Positions 43,701 to 55,102 are shown, counted from the stretch's first letter. The stretch is 64,000 bases of DNA from Clostridiales bacterium (GCA_918292005.1 CAKJZJ010000006.1:6598-70597), one strand, 5' to 3'. Notes: generated by a model not told the origin, from the letters alone. Translations and numbers: made by a program.

Positions 43701-44454
43701 TCAGGTTCTAGAAGTTCATTTGGGATTAGTAGCAAAAGCACTCGGTATCAAGATTGCGACACCTGTATTTGATGGTGTAAAAGAGCAAGATATTAGAGAT
43801 TTGCTAGTTGAAAATAATTTCCCAGAGAATGGCAAGATTCAATTATATGATGGTAGAACAGGTGAGCCTTTTGAAAATCCTGTTACAGTTGGTTATATGT
43901 ACTATATCAAACTAGAGCACATGGTCAACGATAAGATGCATGCTAGATCTACTGGTCCTTACGCATATGTTACACAGCAACCTTTGGGTGGTAAAGCAAT
44001 GTTCGGTGGTCAGAGATTTGGTGAAATGGAAGTTTGGGCACTGGAAGCATATGGTGCATCTAAATTACTACAAGAAATGTTAACTGTAAAATCAGATGAT
44101 ACTGAGGGTAGACTTGCTACATACAAAGCAATTGTAGAGGGATTACCATTACCAGAGCCAGGTATGCCAGAATCATTCAAGGTACTCATCAAAGAATTGC
44201 AGGGCTTAGGACTCGATATTCAACTTCTTAATGCTCAGAATAAAGAATTCTCACTTAGCGATCTTAATTCCGACACTATTGAGACATTCGCTGAAGCAAC
44301 CAAACCTAGAGAAGAAGTTAAAGATATTGAACTTGAATTTGAGAATAATACAGATGCAGATCAAGCACTTGAAGAAGATTTGGAAAGTGATGAAGATTTC
44401 GATAATATATTCAATGAATCAGAACTTTTTGATGATGATTTTGATGAGGAATAA
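40753..44454 (+). CDS. rpoB: DNA-directed RNA polymerase beta subunit (1233 aa)
   Basis: [29 protein letters not shown] and [14 protein letters not shown] motifs. Start moved to ATG 40753, which follows the RBS AAGGAG. Confidence 0.99.
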   Translation: MLNTADIKKVKYGNNIRYTFGKSKEAEMPYLLEIQKDSYQKFIKDGIGEALREFSPITDYAGKAEVYFLGYTLEDHPKLSKAETKRKGGHYSVALKVNVRLVIKETGEAIEQEVYLGDVPYMTEAGTFIFNGIERVIVSQIVRSPSVYYSKKVDKTGRDIYSCTLNPKRGSWLEIEQKEKEPNQLKVCLDKGGKISLGIFLKCFGLTRDMILDCFGDDEIMKATLDKDAYETQHDALIELSRKTRPSEIPSAEATKQFIFSQFFSTQFYNLGEVGRFKIDKKLALANRLVGLTAAEDIKDKKNVIVAAGQVITKEQAYQIQHCGINSAWVLVDGKRHKIYGNNRVRLSEVIKCNEKELGITQQVYYPVLADILKEYKTKEERIEAIRANAENLVGSTLTIDDILATVGYFLDLNAGIGEIDNIDHLCNRRIKGAGELLQDAFRSGMNKLSNAVKETLQSHDLNDISPAQVVNARPINRAFKDFLASHQLSQLMDEMNPLSSLAQKRRLSAVGPGGIKKDRATDEVRDIHHSHYGRICVIETPEGGNIGLINSLSSFARVNEYGFIETAYRVVDKAKGVVTNEVVYLMADEDENCYIAQAIEPLNPDGSFVNKRIICRYKDTVLEVDSSMVDYVDVSPRQLISVPTSLIPFLENDDTARALMGANMQRQAVPLIRTEAPIVGTGMEHKIALDNCAIIVAKNSGTVSYVDSNSIEVALDDGSVDKYELIKFSKTNQESCVNQKPIVKKGQKVKKGETLADGYSTSGGELSLGKNMLIAFMNWEGYNYEDAILLSERLVKEDVYTSITLKEEEVKCRTTKLGDEEFTRDIPNLGEDALKNLDENGIIRIGAEVKPGDILVGKVTPKGETEPTPEERLLRAIFGEKARDVKDTSLRVPHGINGVVVDIQVFSRKNKDELETGVNQMVRVTIAQKRKISVGDKMAGRHGNKGIVSRILPVEDMPFMANGQPIDIVLNPLGIPSRMNVGQVLEVHLGLVAKALGIKIATPVFDGVKEQDIRDLLVENNFPENGKIQLYDGRTGEPFENPVTVGYMYYIKLEHMVNDKMHARSTGPYAYVTQQPLGGKAMFGGQRFGEMEVWALEAYGASKLLQEMLTVKSDDTEGRLATYKAIVEGLPLPEPGMPESFKVLIKELQGLGLDIQLLNAQNKEFSLSDLNSDTIETFAEATKPREEVKDIELEFENNTDADQALEEDLESDEDFDNIFNESELFDDDFDEE

Positions 44455-44465
44455 AGGAGAAAATA

Positions 44466-47400
44466 ATGTTTGAATTAAATAACCTAGCATCAGTAAAAAT
44501 AGGTATAGCATCTCCAGAGAAAATAAGAGAATGGAGTTATGGCGAAGTTACCAAGAGTGAAACAATCAACTATCGTACACATAAGCCAGAGACTTCTGGT
44601 CTGCTTTGTGAAAGGATTTTTGGACCAAAAAAGAATTGGGAATGCCATTGTGGTAAATATAAAAGAATTAGACATAAAGGCATTATTTGTGATAAATGTG
44701 GTGTAGAAGTAACAAAGAGTAGCGTTAGACGTGAGAGAATGGGACATATAGAGCTTGCTACTCCAGTTGCTCACATTTGGTTCCTACAGAGTATCCCATC
44801 TAGAATAGGTATTTTGCTCAATCTCAATAGCAGACAATTGGATAAAATTGTATATTATGTTAGTTACGTTGTATTAGATCCAGGTAAAACCAATTTTACC
44901 AAAAAACAATTAATATCCGATATAGAATATAGAGAAGCAATTGAACAATTTGGTTATGATAGCTTCAGAGCCGGAATGGGTGGTGAGGCTATTAAGGAAT
45001 TGCTCAGTGAGATTGACCTAGAAAAAGAATATACTGAACTCAAAGAACAGATTGCCAAAGCAACTAAAGGCAATAAAAAATTAAAATCAAAGAGATTGGA
45101 AGTTATCGAATCATTCAGACGTAGTGGCAATAGACCAGAGTGGATGGTTATGGATGTTATTCCAGTTATCCCACCAGATATTCGTCCTATGATTCAATTG
45201 GATGGTGGTAGATTTGCTACTTCCGATATCAACGATCTCTATAGAAGAATCATTAATAGAAATAATAGATTAAAGAAATTCATATCTATCGGTGCTCCAG
45301 AAGTAATCGTTAGAAATGAAAAGAGAATGCTACAGGAAGCTGTAGATGCTCTAATTGAGAATGGTAAAAAGGGTAAGGCTGTTCAAGGCCCTAAACAAAG
45401 GGAATTGAAATCACTTACTGCTAGCCTAAAAGGTAAACCAGGTAGATTCAGACAGAACCTACTCGGAAAGAGAGTAGACTACTCTGGTCGTTCTGTTATT
45501 GTCGTTGGTCCTGAACTAAAAATGTACCAATGTGGACTACCTAAAGAAATGGCACTAGAACTATTCAAACCATTTATTATGAGAAAATTGGTTGAGAGAA
45601 ATCTTTCACTCAATTTCAAAACTGCAAAAAGAGTAATAGAGAAACAAAAACCAGTCGTTTGGGACTTACTAGAAGAAGTAATTAAAGACCATCCAGTTCT
45701 ATTAAACCGTGCTCCATCACTTCATAGACTATCTATCCAAGCGTTCGAGCCAGTACTAGTAGAGGGTAGAGCAATCAAATTACATCCACTTGTTTGTGGT
45801 GGCTTCAATGCCGACTTCGATGGTGACCAGATGTCTGTTCACGTACCACTTAGCCCAGAGGCTGTTGCCGAAGCAAGAATTTTAATGCTTGCTAGCAATA
45901 ACGTTCTTAAACCAGCAGATAGTTGTCCTATCGTTACTCCTACACAGGATATGGTTTTGGGCTCATATTATCTAACTATTGTAAAAGAGAATGCCAAAGG
46001 TGCAGGTAAGTATTTCGTAAGTGAAGATGAAGTACTGATGGCATATCAAAATAAAATCATAGAATTACAGGCTCCTATATCTGTTAGAAGAACTGTAGAA
46101 TTCGAAGGAAAACCTGTTACACGTAGGGTAGAGACTACAGCAGGTAAGATTATTTTCAATAAGAATATTCCACAGAATATTGGCTTTATTGATAGAACAA
46201 AACCAGAAAATATAGGTAAATACGAGATAGATTTCTTGGTAACCAAAAAGAAATTGGACTTGATTATTCGTCAATGTTTCAATGCCTTAGGTACTACCGA
46301 AACTGTTAAAATGCTTGACCATATCAAAGAGATGGGTTACAAGTATTCTACTATTGGTGCTATTACCATTAATGTGTTCGATATGCAGATACCAGAAGAA
46401 AAGAAAACTTTGGTTGCTGATGTAGAGGCACAAATAGCTGAAAATGAAAAATATTTCAGACGTGGTTTGATTACCGAAAATGAAAAATTAGATATGAATA
46501 TCAAACTTTGGAAAGATGTTACCAAAAAACTCGAAGGTTTGGTTATCAAAAAGATGGATGTACTCAATCCTGTTAGAATGATGGCTGAGTCTGGAGCCCG
46601 TGGTAATGCTGGTCAGGTATTACAGTTGTGTGGCATGAGAGGTATTATGGCTAATACTTCTGGTAGAAAGGTTGATATTCCAGTTAAATCAAATTTCCGT
46701 CTAGGTCTTACACCACTAGAGTATTTCATTTCATCTCGTGGTGGTAGAAAAGGTCTTGCCGATAAGGTTCTAAAGACTGCCGACTCTGGTTATTTGACTA
46801 GAAGACTAGAAGCAGTTGCTCAAGAAGTTATCATTTCTCAGGAAGATTGCTTCCATGAGAATGGTGAAAAAGTAAAGGGTATGGTTGTTACCGCTATTAG
46901 TAAAGATGGTACACCAGTATGTTCATTACAACAGAGAATCATTGGTAGATATACTGTTGATGATGTTTTGGATCCAAAAACCAAAAAAGTTATTGTTCCT
47001 GCTGATACTATGGTTACACCAGCAATGGCACAGGCTGTAGTAGATGCTGGTGTAGAGAAAGTTAATATTCGTACAGCACTTACATGTAGGGCAAAACATG
47101 GCATTTGCGCTAAATGTTATGGTAAAAATATGTCTAATAATAAGATTGTTCCATTAGGTGAGCCTGTAGGTATCATCGCTGCTCAGTCAATCGGTGAGCC
47201 AGGTACACAGCTTACAATGAGAACATTCCACACGGGTGGTGTTGCGAATGCTGCCGATATTACTCAAGGTCTTCCTAGAGTTGCTGAAATATTCGAAGCT
47301 AGAAAACCTAAGGGTGTTGCTACCATTTCCGAAGTTGCAGGTAAGGTAGTTCTAAAAGAAATGGCTGCACAGAATAAAGAAGGTGGCAAATATTACGAAG

Positions 47401-48074
47401 TAATCGTTAAAAATCCAGATGGTGATGGTAAATACATTATTCCATTCGGTGTAGTGCTCAAAGTTAAAAATGGTGATATGGTAGATGCTGGTACAGTTCT
47501 TACTGAAGGTTCTATATATCCTAATGATTTCTTGAGAACTAGGGGTGTAAATGAAGTTCAGAATTATCTATTAAACGAAGTTCTAGCAACATATTCATCT
47601 CAGGGTGTTGAATTGAATACCAAACACGTAGAGATTATTATCCGTCAGATGCTTAAAAATGTTAAAGTTGAAGATAGTGGTGATACAGACATGTTGGTTG
47701 GTGACATTGTTGATCACTTCCAATTCGAAGCAGAGAATGATAAAATTGTTCAAGAGGGTGGTAGACCTGCTACTGCCAAGAGATTGGTTCAAGGTATTAC
47801 CAAGGCTTCTCTAAGCAATCCATCATTCCTAGCTGCAGCATCATTCCAGGAAACTTCTAGAGTTCTTACCGATGCTTCTGTAAAGGGTAAGGTGGATCAT
47901 CTTGTTAGTCTAAAAGAAAATCTAATGATTGGTAAACAGATACCTGCAGGTACTGGATACAAAGATATTAAAGATTTGGATTTTAGAGATACTAGAGAAG
48001 AAATTAGAGAAATTGCTTCTATGGATGAAGAAACAACCAAACTATTTGCAGACAATAACGAAGATATTATTTAA
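44466..48074 (+). CDS. rpoC: DNA-directed RNA polymerase beta' subunit
   Basis: NADFDGDQM catalytic motif, Zn ribbon [20 protein letters not shown] trigger loop; RBS AAGGAG. Confidence 0.99.
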   Translation: MFELNNLASVKIGIASPEKIREWSYGEVTKSETINYRTHKPETSGLLCERIFGPKKNWECHCGKYKRIRHKGIICDKCGVEVTKSSVRRERMGHIELATPVAHIWFLQSIPSRIGILLNLNSRQLDKIVYYVSYVVLDPGKTNFTKKQLISDIEYREAIEQFGYDSFRAGMGGEAIKELLSEIDLEKEYTELKEQIAKATKGNKKLKSKRLEVIESFRRSGNRPEWMVMDVIPVIPPDIRPMIQLDGGRFATSDINDLYRRIINRNNRLKKFISIGAPEVIVRNEKRMLQEAVDALIENGKKGKAVQGPKQRELKSLTASLKGKPGRFRQNLLGKRVDYSGRSVIVVGPELKMYQCGLPKEMALELFKPFIMRKLVERNLSLNFKTAKRVIEKQKPVVWDLLEEVIKDHPVLLNRAPSLHRLSIQAFEPVLVEGRAIKLHPLVCGGFNADFDGDQMSVHVPLSPEAVAEARILMLASNNVLKPADSCPIVTPTQDMVLGSYYLTIVKENAKGAGKYFVSEDEVLMAYQNKIIELQAPISVRRTVEFEGKPVTRRVETTAGKIIFNKNIPQNIGFIDRTKPENIGKYEIDFLVTKKKLDLIIRQCFNALGTTETVKMLDHIKEMGYKYSTIGAITINVFDMQIPEEKKTLVADVEAQIAENEKYFRRGLITENEKLDMNIKLWKDVTKKLEGLVIKKMDVLNPVRMMAESGARGNAGQVLQLCGMRGIMANTSGRKVDIPVKSNFRLGLTPLEYFISSRGGRKGLADKVLKTADSGYLTRRLEAVAQEVIISQEDCFHENGEKVKGMVVTAISKDGTPVCSLQQRIIGRYTVDDVLDPKTKKVIVPADTMVTPAMAQAVVDAGVEKVNIRTALTCRAKHGICAKCYGKNMSNNKIVPLGEPVGIIAAQSIGEPGTQLTMRTFHTGGVANAADITQGLPRVAEIFEARKPKGVATISEVAGKVVLKEMAAQNKEGGKYYEVIVKNPDGDGKYIIPFGVVLKVKNGDMVDAGTVLTEGSIYPNDFLRTRGVNEVQNYLLNEVLATYSSQGVELNTKHVEIIIRQMLKNVKVEDSGDTDMLVGDIVDHFQFEAENDKIVQEGGRPATAKRLVQGITKASLSNPSFLAAASFQETSRVLTDASVKGKVDHLVSLKENLMIGKQIPAGTGYKDIKDLDFRDTREEIREIASMDEETTKLFADNNEDII

Positions 48075-48081
48075 TATTTTT

Positions 48082-48125
48082 ATTCCCAATTAGCCGTACT
48101 ATTTGGCTTTATTGGGAATTTTTTT
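48082..48125 (+). terminator. Intrinsic terminator after rpoC
   Basis: ATTCCCAAT-t-AGCC...GGCT-tt-ATTGGGAAT followed by a T run. Confidence 0.75.
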
Positions 48126-48175
48126 AATATTTTGCATAATAGTGATAATATTTTTAATTATTTTTGAAATTAGTA

Positions 48176-48204
48176 TTTACAAATAATCATTTTTATTATA
48201 TAAT
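48176..48204 (+). promoter_or_regulatory. Putative sigma-A promoter of the 100-aa orphan gene
   Basis: TTTACA-N17-TATAAT. Confidence 0.6.
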
Positions 48205-48324
48205 ATGTATGTAATTAGATGATTGCATGAACAATTGGTGGTTGTTCGTGGTGGAAATGCAATGCTCTATAATGGGAAAGTGAAAGCTTTAATTGGGGGA
48301 TTAATAACTCAAAGGAGAATTATT

Positions 48325-48627
48325 ATGAACACAAGCGAAGTCGAAAGTATTGTATATAGAAAGAGAGTTGGAAACACCTTTAATATTCTTACTAATGATA
48401 ATGATACCAATATTAAAGGTAGGACTATTGCTAATGATGGTACAACATACAAAGTTGTAGAGAGAAATGGCAAGAAATATCTAGAGTTGGATATGGTTGG
48501 CAATCCACATTTAAAAAAGGCTGCTAGATATGTTTGTGATAGACTAGAGCGAGATGGATTAACACCTAAAGCTGAGGCAAGTGTTGTGCATGCAATACCT
48601 GCTGCAGAGGTTGTTAGAGAAGCATAA
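48325..48627 (+). CDS. Hypothetical protein (100 aa)
   Basis: ATG 48325 follows RBS AAGGAG. Host-like codon usage and a terminator directly after the stop. No family recognised. Confidence 0.75.
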   Translation: MNTSEVESIVYRKRVGNTFNILTNDNDTNIKGRTIANDGTTYKVVERNGKKYLELDMVGNPHLKKAARYVCDRLERDGLTPKAEASVVHAIPAAEVVREA

Positions 48628-48632
48628 TAAAT

Positions 48633-48656
48633 AAGGCACTATTTAGTGTCTTTTTT
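48633..48656 (+). terminator. Intrinsic terminator
   Basis: AAGGCACT-attt-AGTGTCTT-TTTT. Confidence 0.75.
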
Positions 48657-48736
48657 ATTTGTTTTTTTGATAATTATTTGTTTTTTTGTCTGTAATGTGT
48701 TAGATTATTGTTAGAATGCAATAATGAGGTAAATGT

Positions 48737-49729
48737 ATGTCAAAAGGATTAAAAATCACATTGATTGTTGTGTCGATTGTATTGGTGATAGTATTAGCAT
48801 CATTTAGTGTTTATTTTTTCTGGCCATGGAATAAAGATTTTTTCGATGAAGCCAATGTTGAATTTAAAATTCCAGGACTGGATACTTCATTTTGTCCACA
48901 AGGATTTACCAGAATTGAAGGTCGCAATAAATACCTAATATCCGGCTATATGAGTGATAATTCTGCATCAAGAGTATACGTGGTAGATGGCGAAAGTGGC
49001 AATATTGAGAAATATTTCATGTTGCAATACGGAGAAGATAGAACATTTGCAGGTCATGCTGGTGGTATTTGCTCGGCTGGTAGTACCATTTGGATTGCTT
49101 CAGAAGGTCGTTGTTATAGATTTTTGCTTACTGGTGTTGACAATGTGCAAAATGGGGAAAAAGTGACAATTATAGATGATTTTGATGCTCTGTGTGGCGC
49201 AGATTATATATTTGCAGATGGTGGATATCTGTGGGTAGGTGAGTTTTATAAAAAAGGCAAATATGAAACTGATGAAAATCATCACATTAGTGTTGCCAAT
49301 GGTCAAACCAATCACTCTATAGTATATGGTTTTCAGATATCTGAGAATAATAAATATGGTTTATTGTCCCAAATACCAGGCAAAGCAATGTCGGTTAGAG
49401 ACTTGGTACAGGGGATACAGATTAATGTTGATGGCAAAATTATTGTATCCACTTCGTATGGTTTAAATGACTCAGTCATTTATAAATACGATTCAGTATT
49501 GAGTCATGAAGCGAATGATACTTATAGGGTAGGACTATATGAAATTCCTATTTGGTATCTGGATGATGAAGTCCTGTTATCTTCTAGAACTATTCCTGCT
49601 ATGTCTGAAGAAATTGTGATTAATAATGACCTAGTATATATCTTATTTGAGTCGGGTTGTCGCAAGAACAGAACATTTGTTAGAAAAAAGATGAATAATG
49701 TATATAGTTTACCTATTTCTTCGATTTAG
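48737..49729 (+). CDS. Membrane-anchored hypothetical protein (330 aa), probably beta-propeller-like extracellular domain
   Basis: N-terminal TM helix (ITLIVVSIVLVIVLASFSVYFFW), PQG / HAGG / VQG blade-like motifs, RBS GAGGT. The fold is an inference. Confidence 0.7.
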   Translation: MSKGLKITLIVVSIVLVIVLASFSVYFFWPWNKDFFDEANVEFKIPGLDTSFCPQGFTRIEGRNKYLISGYMSDNSASRVYVVDGESGNIEKYFMLQYGEDRTFAGHAGGICSAGSTIWIASEGRCYRFLLTGVDNVQNGEKVTIIDDFDALCGADYIFADGGYLWVGEFYKKGKYETDENHHISVANGQTNHSIVYGFQISENNKYGLLSQIPGKAMSVRDLVQGIQINVDGKIIVSTSYGLNDSVIYKYDSVLSHEANDTYRVGLYEIPIWYLDDEVLLSSRTIPAMSEEIVINNDLVYILFESGCRKNRTFVRKKMNNVYSLPISSI

Positions 49730-49781
49730 TCTTAGTTGGTTCTAATAGGCGACAAATTGTCATAAAATAAAAGAAAAAAAT

Positions 49782-49810
49782 TTTACAATAAGTGATTTTT
49801 GTGTTAGAAT
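49782..49810 (+). promoter_or_regulatory. Putative sigma-A promoter of the HicB-like gene
   Basis: TTTACA-N17-TAGAAT with an extended -10 TG. Confidence 0.55.
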
Positions 49811-49847
49811 AAGAAAAACGTGATTAATGATTATTGAGTGAGAGATT

Positions 49848-50126
49848 ATGAAAAAATACACATATCCAGCCGTTTTATACTACGATGATGATGATAAATG
49901 TTATATTATAGCAATGTTCGATTTGGGACTAGTGACCAATGGAGACACTGTCGAGATGGCTCACAATAATGCTAGAGCAATGCTTGACTCGTATCTAGAA
50001 TGTGCATTTGCTTTTGATTGTGAGATTCCCGAACCTAGTACGTTTGAGATAGTATCCAGAACTCATCCAAAAGAAATTTGTGTACTTATAGAGTCCACTC
50101 TTAATGATAAAAATAAAGCAGTATAA
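49848..50126 (+). CDS. HicB-family antitoxin-like protein (92 aa, N-terminal domain only)
   Basis: Y-x-Y-P-A-V..Y....DL..T-x-G-D-T-x-E-x-A...A...L....IPEPS pattern typical of HicB. Confidence 0.75.
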   Translation: MKKYTYPAVLYYDDDDKCYIIAMFDLGLVTNGDTVEMAHNNARAMLDSYLECAFAFDCEIPEPSTFEIVSRTHPKEICVLIESTLNDKNKAV

Positions 50127-50127
50127 T

Positions 50128-50154
50128 AAAATTAGCATTTTGCTAATTTTTTTT
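50128..50154 (+). terminator. Intrinsic terminator
   Basis: AAAATTAGCA-ttt-TGCTAATTTT-TTTT. Confidence 0.75.
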
Positions 50155-50243
50155 GTTTTTTATCTAAAAACATTTATATTAGGTATTGAATTTGTGATTT
50201 ATTTATGATAGACTATCATAATTTATAGGGTATGGGGTGTATT

Positions 50244-50513
50244 ATGGTAGATGATCGTGAGAAATTTCCAGTTGATGATGAACTGAAAAAAATGATTCGT
50301 GAAGAAGAATTGGCTAGAGAAGAAAAATCAAGAGCAGAGGAAGAAAGACGCAAACAGGAGAAACTACGTCTAGAAGAGGAAGAAAGACGCAAACAAGAAA
50401 ATCTGTATAGGAAAATGGTTGCTAGAGATTTACGCGCTGCTTGCACTCATGCTGGTGTTGTACCTTTTGATTCAATTCCTGTAGATGATCATGATGATTA
50501 TATGGGTATGTAA
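50244..50513 (+). CDS. Small charged coiled-coil hypothetical protein (about 89 aa; alternative start 50232)
   Basis: E/K/R-rich helix, G-rich SD-like sequence upstream, terminator downstream. Confidence 0.65.
   Translation: MVDDREKFPVDDELKKMIREEELAREEKSRAEEERRKQEKLRLEEEERRKQENLYRKMVARDLRAACTHAGVVPFDSIPVDDHDDYMGM
50336..50395 (+). repeat. Direct repeat with 39-bp period (21 bp identical: AGAGGAAGAAAGACGCAAACA), encoding EEERRKQE twice
   Basis: Copies at 50336-50356 and 50375-50395. Confidence 0.85.
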
Positions 50514-50524
50514 TGTAATTTTTT

Positions 50525-50551
50525 GAGATAGTGTTAGGCACTATCTTTTTT
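50525..50551 (+). terminator. Intrinsic terminator
   Basis: GAGATAGTG-ttagg-CACTATCTT-TTTT. Confidence 0.8.
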
Positions 50552-50631
50552 GTTTTTTTGAATTAAATATATTATTAGTAATACGTTAAAATTTATTGTT
50601 AATAATTAGGTATTAAAAATGATAAAAAATG

Positions 50632-50660
50632 TTGACATTGGGGTTTATATTTGTTAAACT
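50632..50660 (+). promoter_or_regulatory. Sigma-A promoter of the str operon
   Basis: TTGACA-N17-TAAACT with an extended -10 TG. Confidence 0.8.
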
Positions 50661-50680
50661 ATACAACGTATTATAGTAAA

Positions 50681-50838
50681 CTGAATGAAATATGTTCATT
50701 TAGTAGTTTTTGATTGTTTCTACGGTGTGAATGAAATGATTAGAAACTGTCCCACGCTAGAATATGTAGTGGATTTCACTAGTGTGCCATGTGGGATTTC
50801 CCTGTAGGTAATGCAAAGGGTTGAATGCGATTACTTAC
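50681..50838 (+). ncRNA. Candidate structured 5' leader RNA of rpsL (unassigned family)
   Basis: Four consecutive stems with G-U wobbles: 50681-50703, 50705-50748 (16 bp), 50750-50796 and 50804-50838. Confidence 0.5.
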
Positions 50839-50859
50839 TAATAAATTTAGGAGGACAAA

Positions 50860-51231
50860 ATGCCAACAATTTCACAATTAGTTAAAGAAGGTAGAAAACA
50901 AGTTGCAGTTAAATCAAAAACTCCTATCCTAGATGAAAATCCTCAGAAGAGAGGTGTTTGTTTGAGTGTTACTACTACATCTCCAAAGAAACCAAACTCT
51001 GCTTTGAGAAAGATTTGTAGGGTAAAACTATCCAATGGACAGGAAGGTACTGTTTACATTCCTGGCGAAGGTCACAATTTACAAGAGCATAGTGTTGTTC
51101 TTATCCGTGGCGGAAGGGTTAGAGATTTGCCAGGTGTTCGTTATCATGTAATTCGTGGAACACTTGATACTGCCGGTGTAGCAAAAAGAAAACAGGCTAG
51201 ATCGAAATATGGTGCCAAAAAAGGCAAATAA
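50860..51231 (+). CDS. rpsL: 30S ribosomal protein S12
   Basis: [17 protein letters not shown] and DLPGVRY motifs; RBS AGGAGG. Confidence 0.99.
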   Translation: MPTISQLVKEGRKQVAVKSKTPILDENPQKRGVCLSVTTTSPKKPNSALRKICRVKLSNGQEGTVYIPGEGHNLQEHSVVLIRGGRVRDLPGVRYHVIRGTLDTAGVAKRKQARSKYGAKKGK

Positions 51232-51289
51232 TTAATAAAATTTTGTGAGCATTAGCTCATATCTTAAAAATATAATAAGGAGAAAAAAT

Positions 51290-51760
51290 ATGCCAAGAAG
51301 AGGTGGTGTACGCAAAAGAGATGTATTGCCTGATTTCGTGTATAATAGCAAGATTGTTACTAAACTTATCAATCAAGTAATGCTAGACGGCAAAAAGGCA
51401 ACTGCAGAAGGAATTGTGTACGGTTCATTTGATATAATCAAAGAAAAATTAAGCGTAGAACCAGATAAGTACTTCCTTCAAGCATTGGAAAATCTAAAAC
51501 CATTACTAGAGACCAAGGCTAGAAGAGTGGGTGGTAGTAACTACCAGGTACCTATCGAAGTATCTCCAGCTAGACAGCAGACTCTTGCTATTAGATGGTT
51601 AGTTACTTACGCTAGAAAGAGAAATGAAAAGAGCATGGAGCTCAAACTCGCGAATGAAATAATGGATGCTTACAATAGTACAGGTGGAGCATACAAGAAG
51701 AAAGACGATACTCATAAGATTGCTGAAAGTAATAAGGCTTTCGCACATTATCGTTGGTAA
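51290..51760 (+). CDS. rpsG: 30S ribosomal protein S7 (156 aa)
   Basis: MPRRG.., [11 protein letters not shown] and NKAFAHYRW. Start moved to ATG 51290 after AAGGAG. Confidence 0.99.
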   Translation: MPRRGGVRKRDVLPDFVYNSKIVTKLINQVMLDGKKATAEGIVYGSFDIIKEKLSVEPDKYFLQALENLKPLLETKARRVGGSNYQVPIEVSPARQQTLAIRWLVTYARKRNEKSMELKLANEIMDAYNSTGGAYKKKDDTHKIAESNKAFAHYRW

Positions 51761-51776
51761 TTAAGGAGAAATAATT

Positions 51777-53855
51777 ATGCCAAGAAAGACTCCGCTAGAA
51801 AGATTAAGAAACGTAGGAATTATGGCACACATAGATGCCGGCAAAACTACGACTACAGAGAGAATACTTTTCTATACTGGTAAAACCCATAAATTAGGTG
51901 AGGTTCACGAAGGTGAAGCTACTATGGACTGGATGGCACAGGAACAAGAGAGAGGTATTACAATTACTAGTGCTGCAACTACATGTATGTGGAAAGATCA
52001 TCAGATCAATATCATCGATACTCCAGGACACGTTGACTTTACAGTAGAAGTTAATAGATCCCTAAAAGTTCTAGATGGTGCAGTTGCTGTATTTAGTGCA
52101 AGAGCAGGTGTTGAGGCTCAGTCTGAGACCAACTGGAGACTTGCTGATAAATATAACGTACCTAGAATGGCTTACGTTAATAAAATGGATATCAATGACG
52201 CAAATTTTGAAAGAGTTATTGAGAGCATGAAGACTAGATTAAAAGCTAATGCCATTGCAATTCAATTACCTATTGGTGAGGCTGACGAATTCAAGGGAAT
52301 TATTGACCTAGTTGAAATGAATGCTACTATGTATAAAGATGACCTCGGACAACAATTTGATGTAATTGATATTCCTGCTGAATATAAAGATAAAGCAGAA
52401 AAAATGAGAGCAGAATTGGTAGAAGTTGCTGCCGAACAAGATGATGCACTTATGGAGAAATATTTCGAGACTGGTGAATTGACGGTCCCAGAGATAAAGA
52501 AAGGTATTCGTTTGGGTACTATCTCTGGTAAAATCAATCCAGTAGTTTGTGGTACATCATTCAAAAACAAAGGTATTCAAAAATTACTTGATGCTATAGT
52601 AGATTATATGCCAGCACCTACAGATATCGAAGCTATTAGGGGTACAAAGCCTAATACAGATATCGAAGAAGATAGACATAGTTCTGATACAGAACCATTT
52701 GCAGGTCTTGCATTCAAAATTATGACAGATCCTTATGTAGGAAGACTTACATTCTTTAGAATTTATTCTGGTGTGCTTACTGCTGGTAGTTACGTATACA
52801 ATAGTTGCAAGGATAAAAAAGAAAGAATTGGTAGACTTATTAGAATGCACGCAAATCATCGTGAAGAAATCGAAGAAGCATATGCTGGTGAGATTATCGC
52901 TATCGTTGGTTTGAAAGATACTACTACAGGTGATACACTTTGTGCAGAAAATAAGCCAATCGTTCTAGAAAGTATGGATTTCCCAGAGCCAGTTATTAGA
53001 GTTGCTATTGAGCCTAAAACCAAACAGGATCAAGAAAAAATGATTATAGCACTCGTAAAACTAGCAGAAGAAGATCCAACATTCAAAACATATACTGATC
53101 AAGAAACTGGTCAAACAATCATCGCTGGTATGGGTGAGCTTCACCTTGAAATAATTGTTGATAGACTCAAAAGGGAATTTAAGGTAGATGCCAATGTTGG
53201 TGCTCCACAAGTTGCTTATAGAGAGACTATTAGAAAAGAAGTTGAAGTAGAAGGTAAGTATATTAAACAATCCGGTGGTCGTGGACAATATGGTCACTGT
53301 TGGGTTAAACTTACTCCATTACAACCAGGCGAAGGTTATAAATTCGAAAACAAAATCGTTGGTGGTGCTATTCCTAAGGAATATATCCCAGCAATCGACG
53401 CAGGTATTCAAGAGGCAAAACAGAATGGTGTGCTTGCCGGATTTGAAACTGTAGACTTTATGGTTACGCTTTTTGATGGTTCTTATCACGATGTAGACTC
53501 ATCAGAAATGGCATATAAAATTGCAGGTTCTCTTGCTTTCAAGGAGGGTGCTAGAAAGGCTGATCCAGTACTTCTAGAGCCAATCATGAAAGTAGAGGTG
53601 GAAACACCTGATGATTATCTAGGCGACGTTATGGGCAATATTACCCGTCGTCGTGGAGTGCTCAGTGGAACAGATTTGCGTAACGGTACTCAAGTTATCC
53701 ATGCTGACATACCATTAGGAGAAATGTTTGGTTATGCTACAGATCTTCGTGGTTTGACACAAGGACGTGGAACCTTCAGTATGGAATTCTCTCATTATCT
53801 AGAGGTTCCAAAAAATATTGCCGATAAAGTTATTGGCGAAAATAAAAAAGGCTAA
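51777..53855 (+). CDS. fusA: Elongation factor G
   Basis: [30 protein letters not shown] and GMGELHL. Confidence 0.99.
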   Translation: MPRKTPLERLRNVGIMAHIDAGKTTTTERILFYTGKTHKLGEVHEGEATMDWMAQEQERGITITSAATTCMWKDHQINIIDTPGHVDFTVEVNRSLKVLDGAVAVFSARAGVEAQSETNWRLADKYNVPRMAYVNKMDINDANFERVIESMKTRLKANAIAIQLPIGEADEFKGIIDLVEMNATMYKDDLGQQFDVIDIPAEYKDKAEKMRAELVEVAAEQDDALMEKYFETGELTVPEIKKGIRLGTISGKINPVVCGTSFKNKGIQKLLDAIVDYMPAPTDIEAIRGTKPNTDIEEDRHSSDTEPFAGLAFKIMTDPYVGRLTFFRIYSGVLTAGSYVYNSCKDKKERIGRLIRMHANHREEIEEAYAGEIIAIVGLKDTTTGDTLCAENKPIVLESMDFPEPVIRVAIEPKTKQDQEKMIIALVKLAEEDPTFKTYTDQETGQTIIAGMGELHLEIIVDRLKREFKVDANVGAPQVAYRETIRKEVEVEGKYIKQSGGRGQYGHCWVKLTPLQPGEGYKFENKIVGGAIPKEYIPAIDAGIQEAKQNGVLAGFETVDFMVTLFDGSYHDVDSSEMAYKIAGSLAFKEGARKADPVLLEPIMKVEVETPDDYLGDVMGNITRRRGVLSGTDLRNGTQVIHADIPLGEMFGYATDLRGLTQGRGTFSMEFSHYLEVPKNIADKVIGENKKG

Positions 53856-53889
53856 TTTTTAATAAATTTAATAGGAGGATATTTTAAAA

Positions 53890-55092
53890 ATGGCAAAAGC
53901 AAAATTTGAAAGAACTAAGCCTCACGTTAACGTAGGTACAATCGGACACGTTGACCACGGCAAAACAACTCTTACTGCTGCTATCACAATGACACTAGCT
54001 GCTCAGGGCAAGGCACTTGCAATGGACTATGGTGCTATTGATAAAGCTCCAGAAGAGAGAGCAAGAGGTATTACAATTAATACCGCACACGTTGAATACG
54101 AGACAGACAAAAGACACTATGCACACGTTGACTGTCCAGGACACGCTGACTATGTTAAAAACATGATCACTGGTGCTGCTCAGATGGACGGTGCTATCCT
54201 AGTTGTTGCTGCAACTGATGGTCCAATGCCTCAGACAAGAGAGCACATCCTTCTTGCTAGACAAGTTGGTGTTCCTTACATCGTAGTATTCATGAATAAA
54301 ACCGACCAAGTTAATGACCCTGAACTTCTTGAATTAGTTGAGATGGAAATCAGAGATTTGTTAACAGAGTATGGATTCCCTGGAGATACTACTCCAATTA
54401 TCAAAGGTTCCGCTTTAAAGGCTCTAGAGGCTGCTAAAGATGGTAAAGTTGATGATCCTGCATGTGCATGCATCAACGAACTTATGGAAGCTCTTGATAC
54501 TTACATTCCTGAACCACAAAGAGATACAGATAAACCATTCCTAATGCCAGTTGAAGATGTATTCACAATTACTGGTCGTGGTACTGTTGCTACTGGTAGA
54601 GTAGAGAGAGGTACTGTAAAAGTTGGTGATACAGTTGAAATCGTTGGTATGGGTTCAAAGCTTACAACAGTTATTACTGGTGTTGAAATGTTCAGAAAGA
54701 TGCTTGATCAGGCTCAAGCAGGCGATAACGTTGGTCTACTACTACGTGGTATTCAGAGAAACGAAATCGAAAGAGGACAAGTTCTTGCTAAACCTGCTTC
54801 TATTCATCCACATACTCACTTCACTTCAGAAGTATATGTATTGAAGAAAGAAGAGGGTGGTCGTCATACTCCATTCTTCAATGGTTACAGACCACAATTC
54901 TATTTCAGAACAACTGATGTTACTGGTACTATCGAATTGCCAGAAGGCGTTGAAATGGTTATGCCAGGTGATAACGTTAGAATGACTATCAAACTTATCA
55001 CTCCAATCGCTATCGAGCAAGGTTTGAGATTCGCTATCCGTGAGGGTGGTAGAACAGTTGGTTCCGGTGTTGTTAGCTCAATCATCGAGTAA
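53890..55092 (+). CDS. tuf: Elongation factor Tu
   Basis: [20 protein letters not shown] and [11 protein letters not shown]. Confidence 0.99.
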   Translation: MAKAKFERTKPHVNVGTIGHVDHGKTTLTAAITMTLAAQGKALAMDYGAIDKAPEERARGITINTAHVEYETDKRHYAHVDCPGHADYVKNMITGAAQMDGAILVVAATDGPMPQTREHILLARQVGVPYIVVFMNKTDQVNDPELLELVEMEIRDLLTEYGFPGDTTPIIKGSALKALEAAKDGKVDDPACACINELMEALDTYIPEPQRDTDKPFLMPVEDVFTITGRGTVATGRVERGTVKVGDTVEIVGMGSKLTTVITGVEMFRKMLDQAQAGDNVGLLLRGIQRNEIERGQVLAKPASIHPHTHFTSEVYVLKKEEGGRHTPFFNGYRPQFYFRTTDVTGTIELPEGVEMVMPGDNVRMTIKLITPIAIEQGLRFAIREGGRTVGSGVVSSIIE

Positions 55093-55102
55093 TTACATCT
55101 AT

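Noticed and set aside
50228-50236. GGGTATGGG shared upstream of two orphan genes (also on the minus strand near 60217-60225)
   Set aside because: Only two copies, both at the Shine-Dalgarno position; explainable as G-rich RBS variants.
50685-50807. 40-codon uORF in the rpsL leader (MKYVHLVV...GVNE...PCGISL), faintly reminiscent of L7Ae/YbxF words
   Set aside because: No RBS, motif spacing does not fit L7Ae, and the region is better explained by RNA stems.
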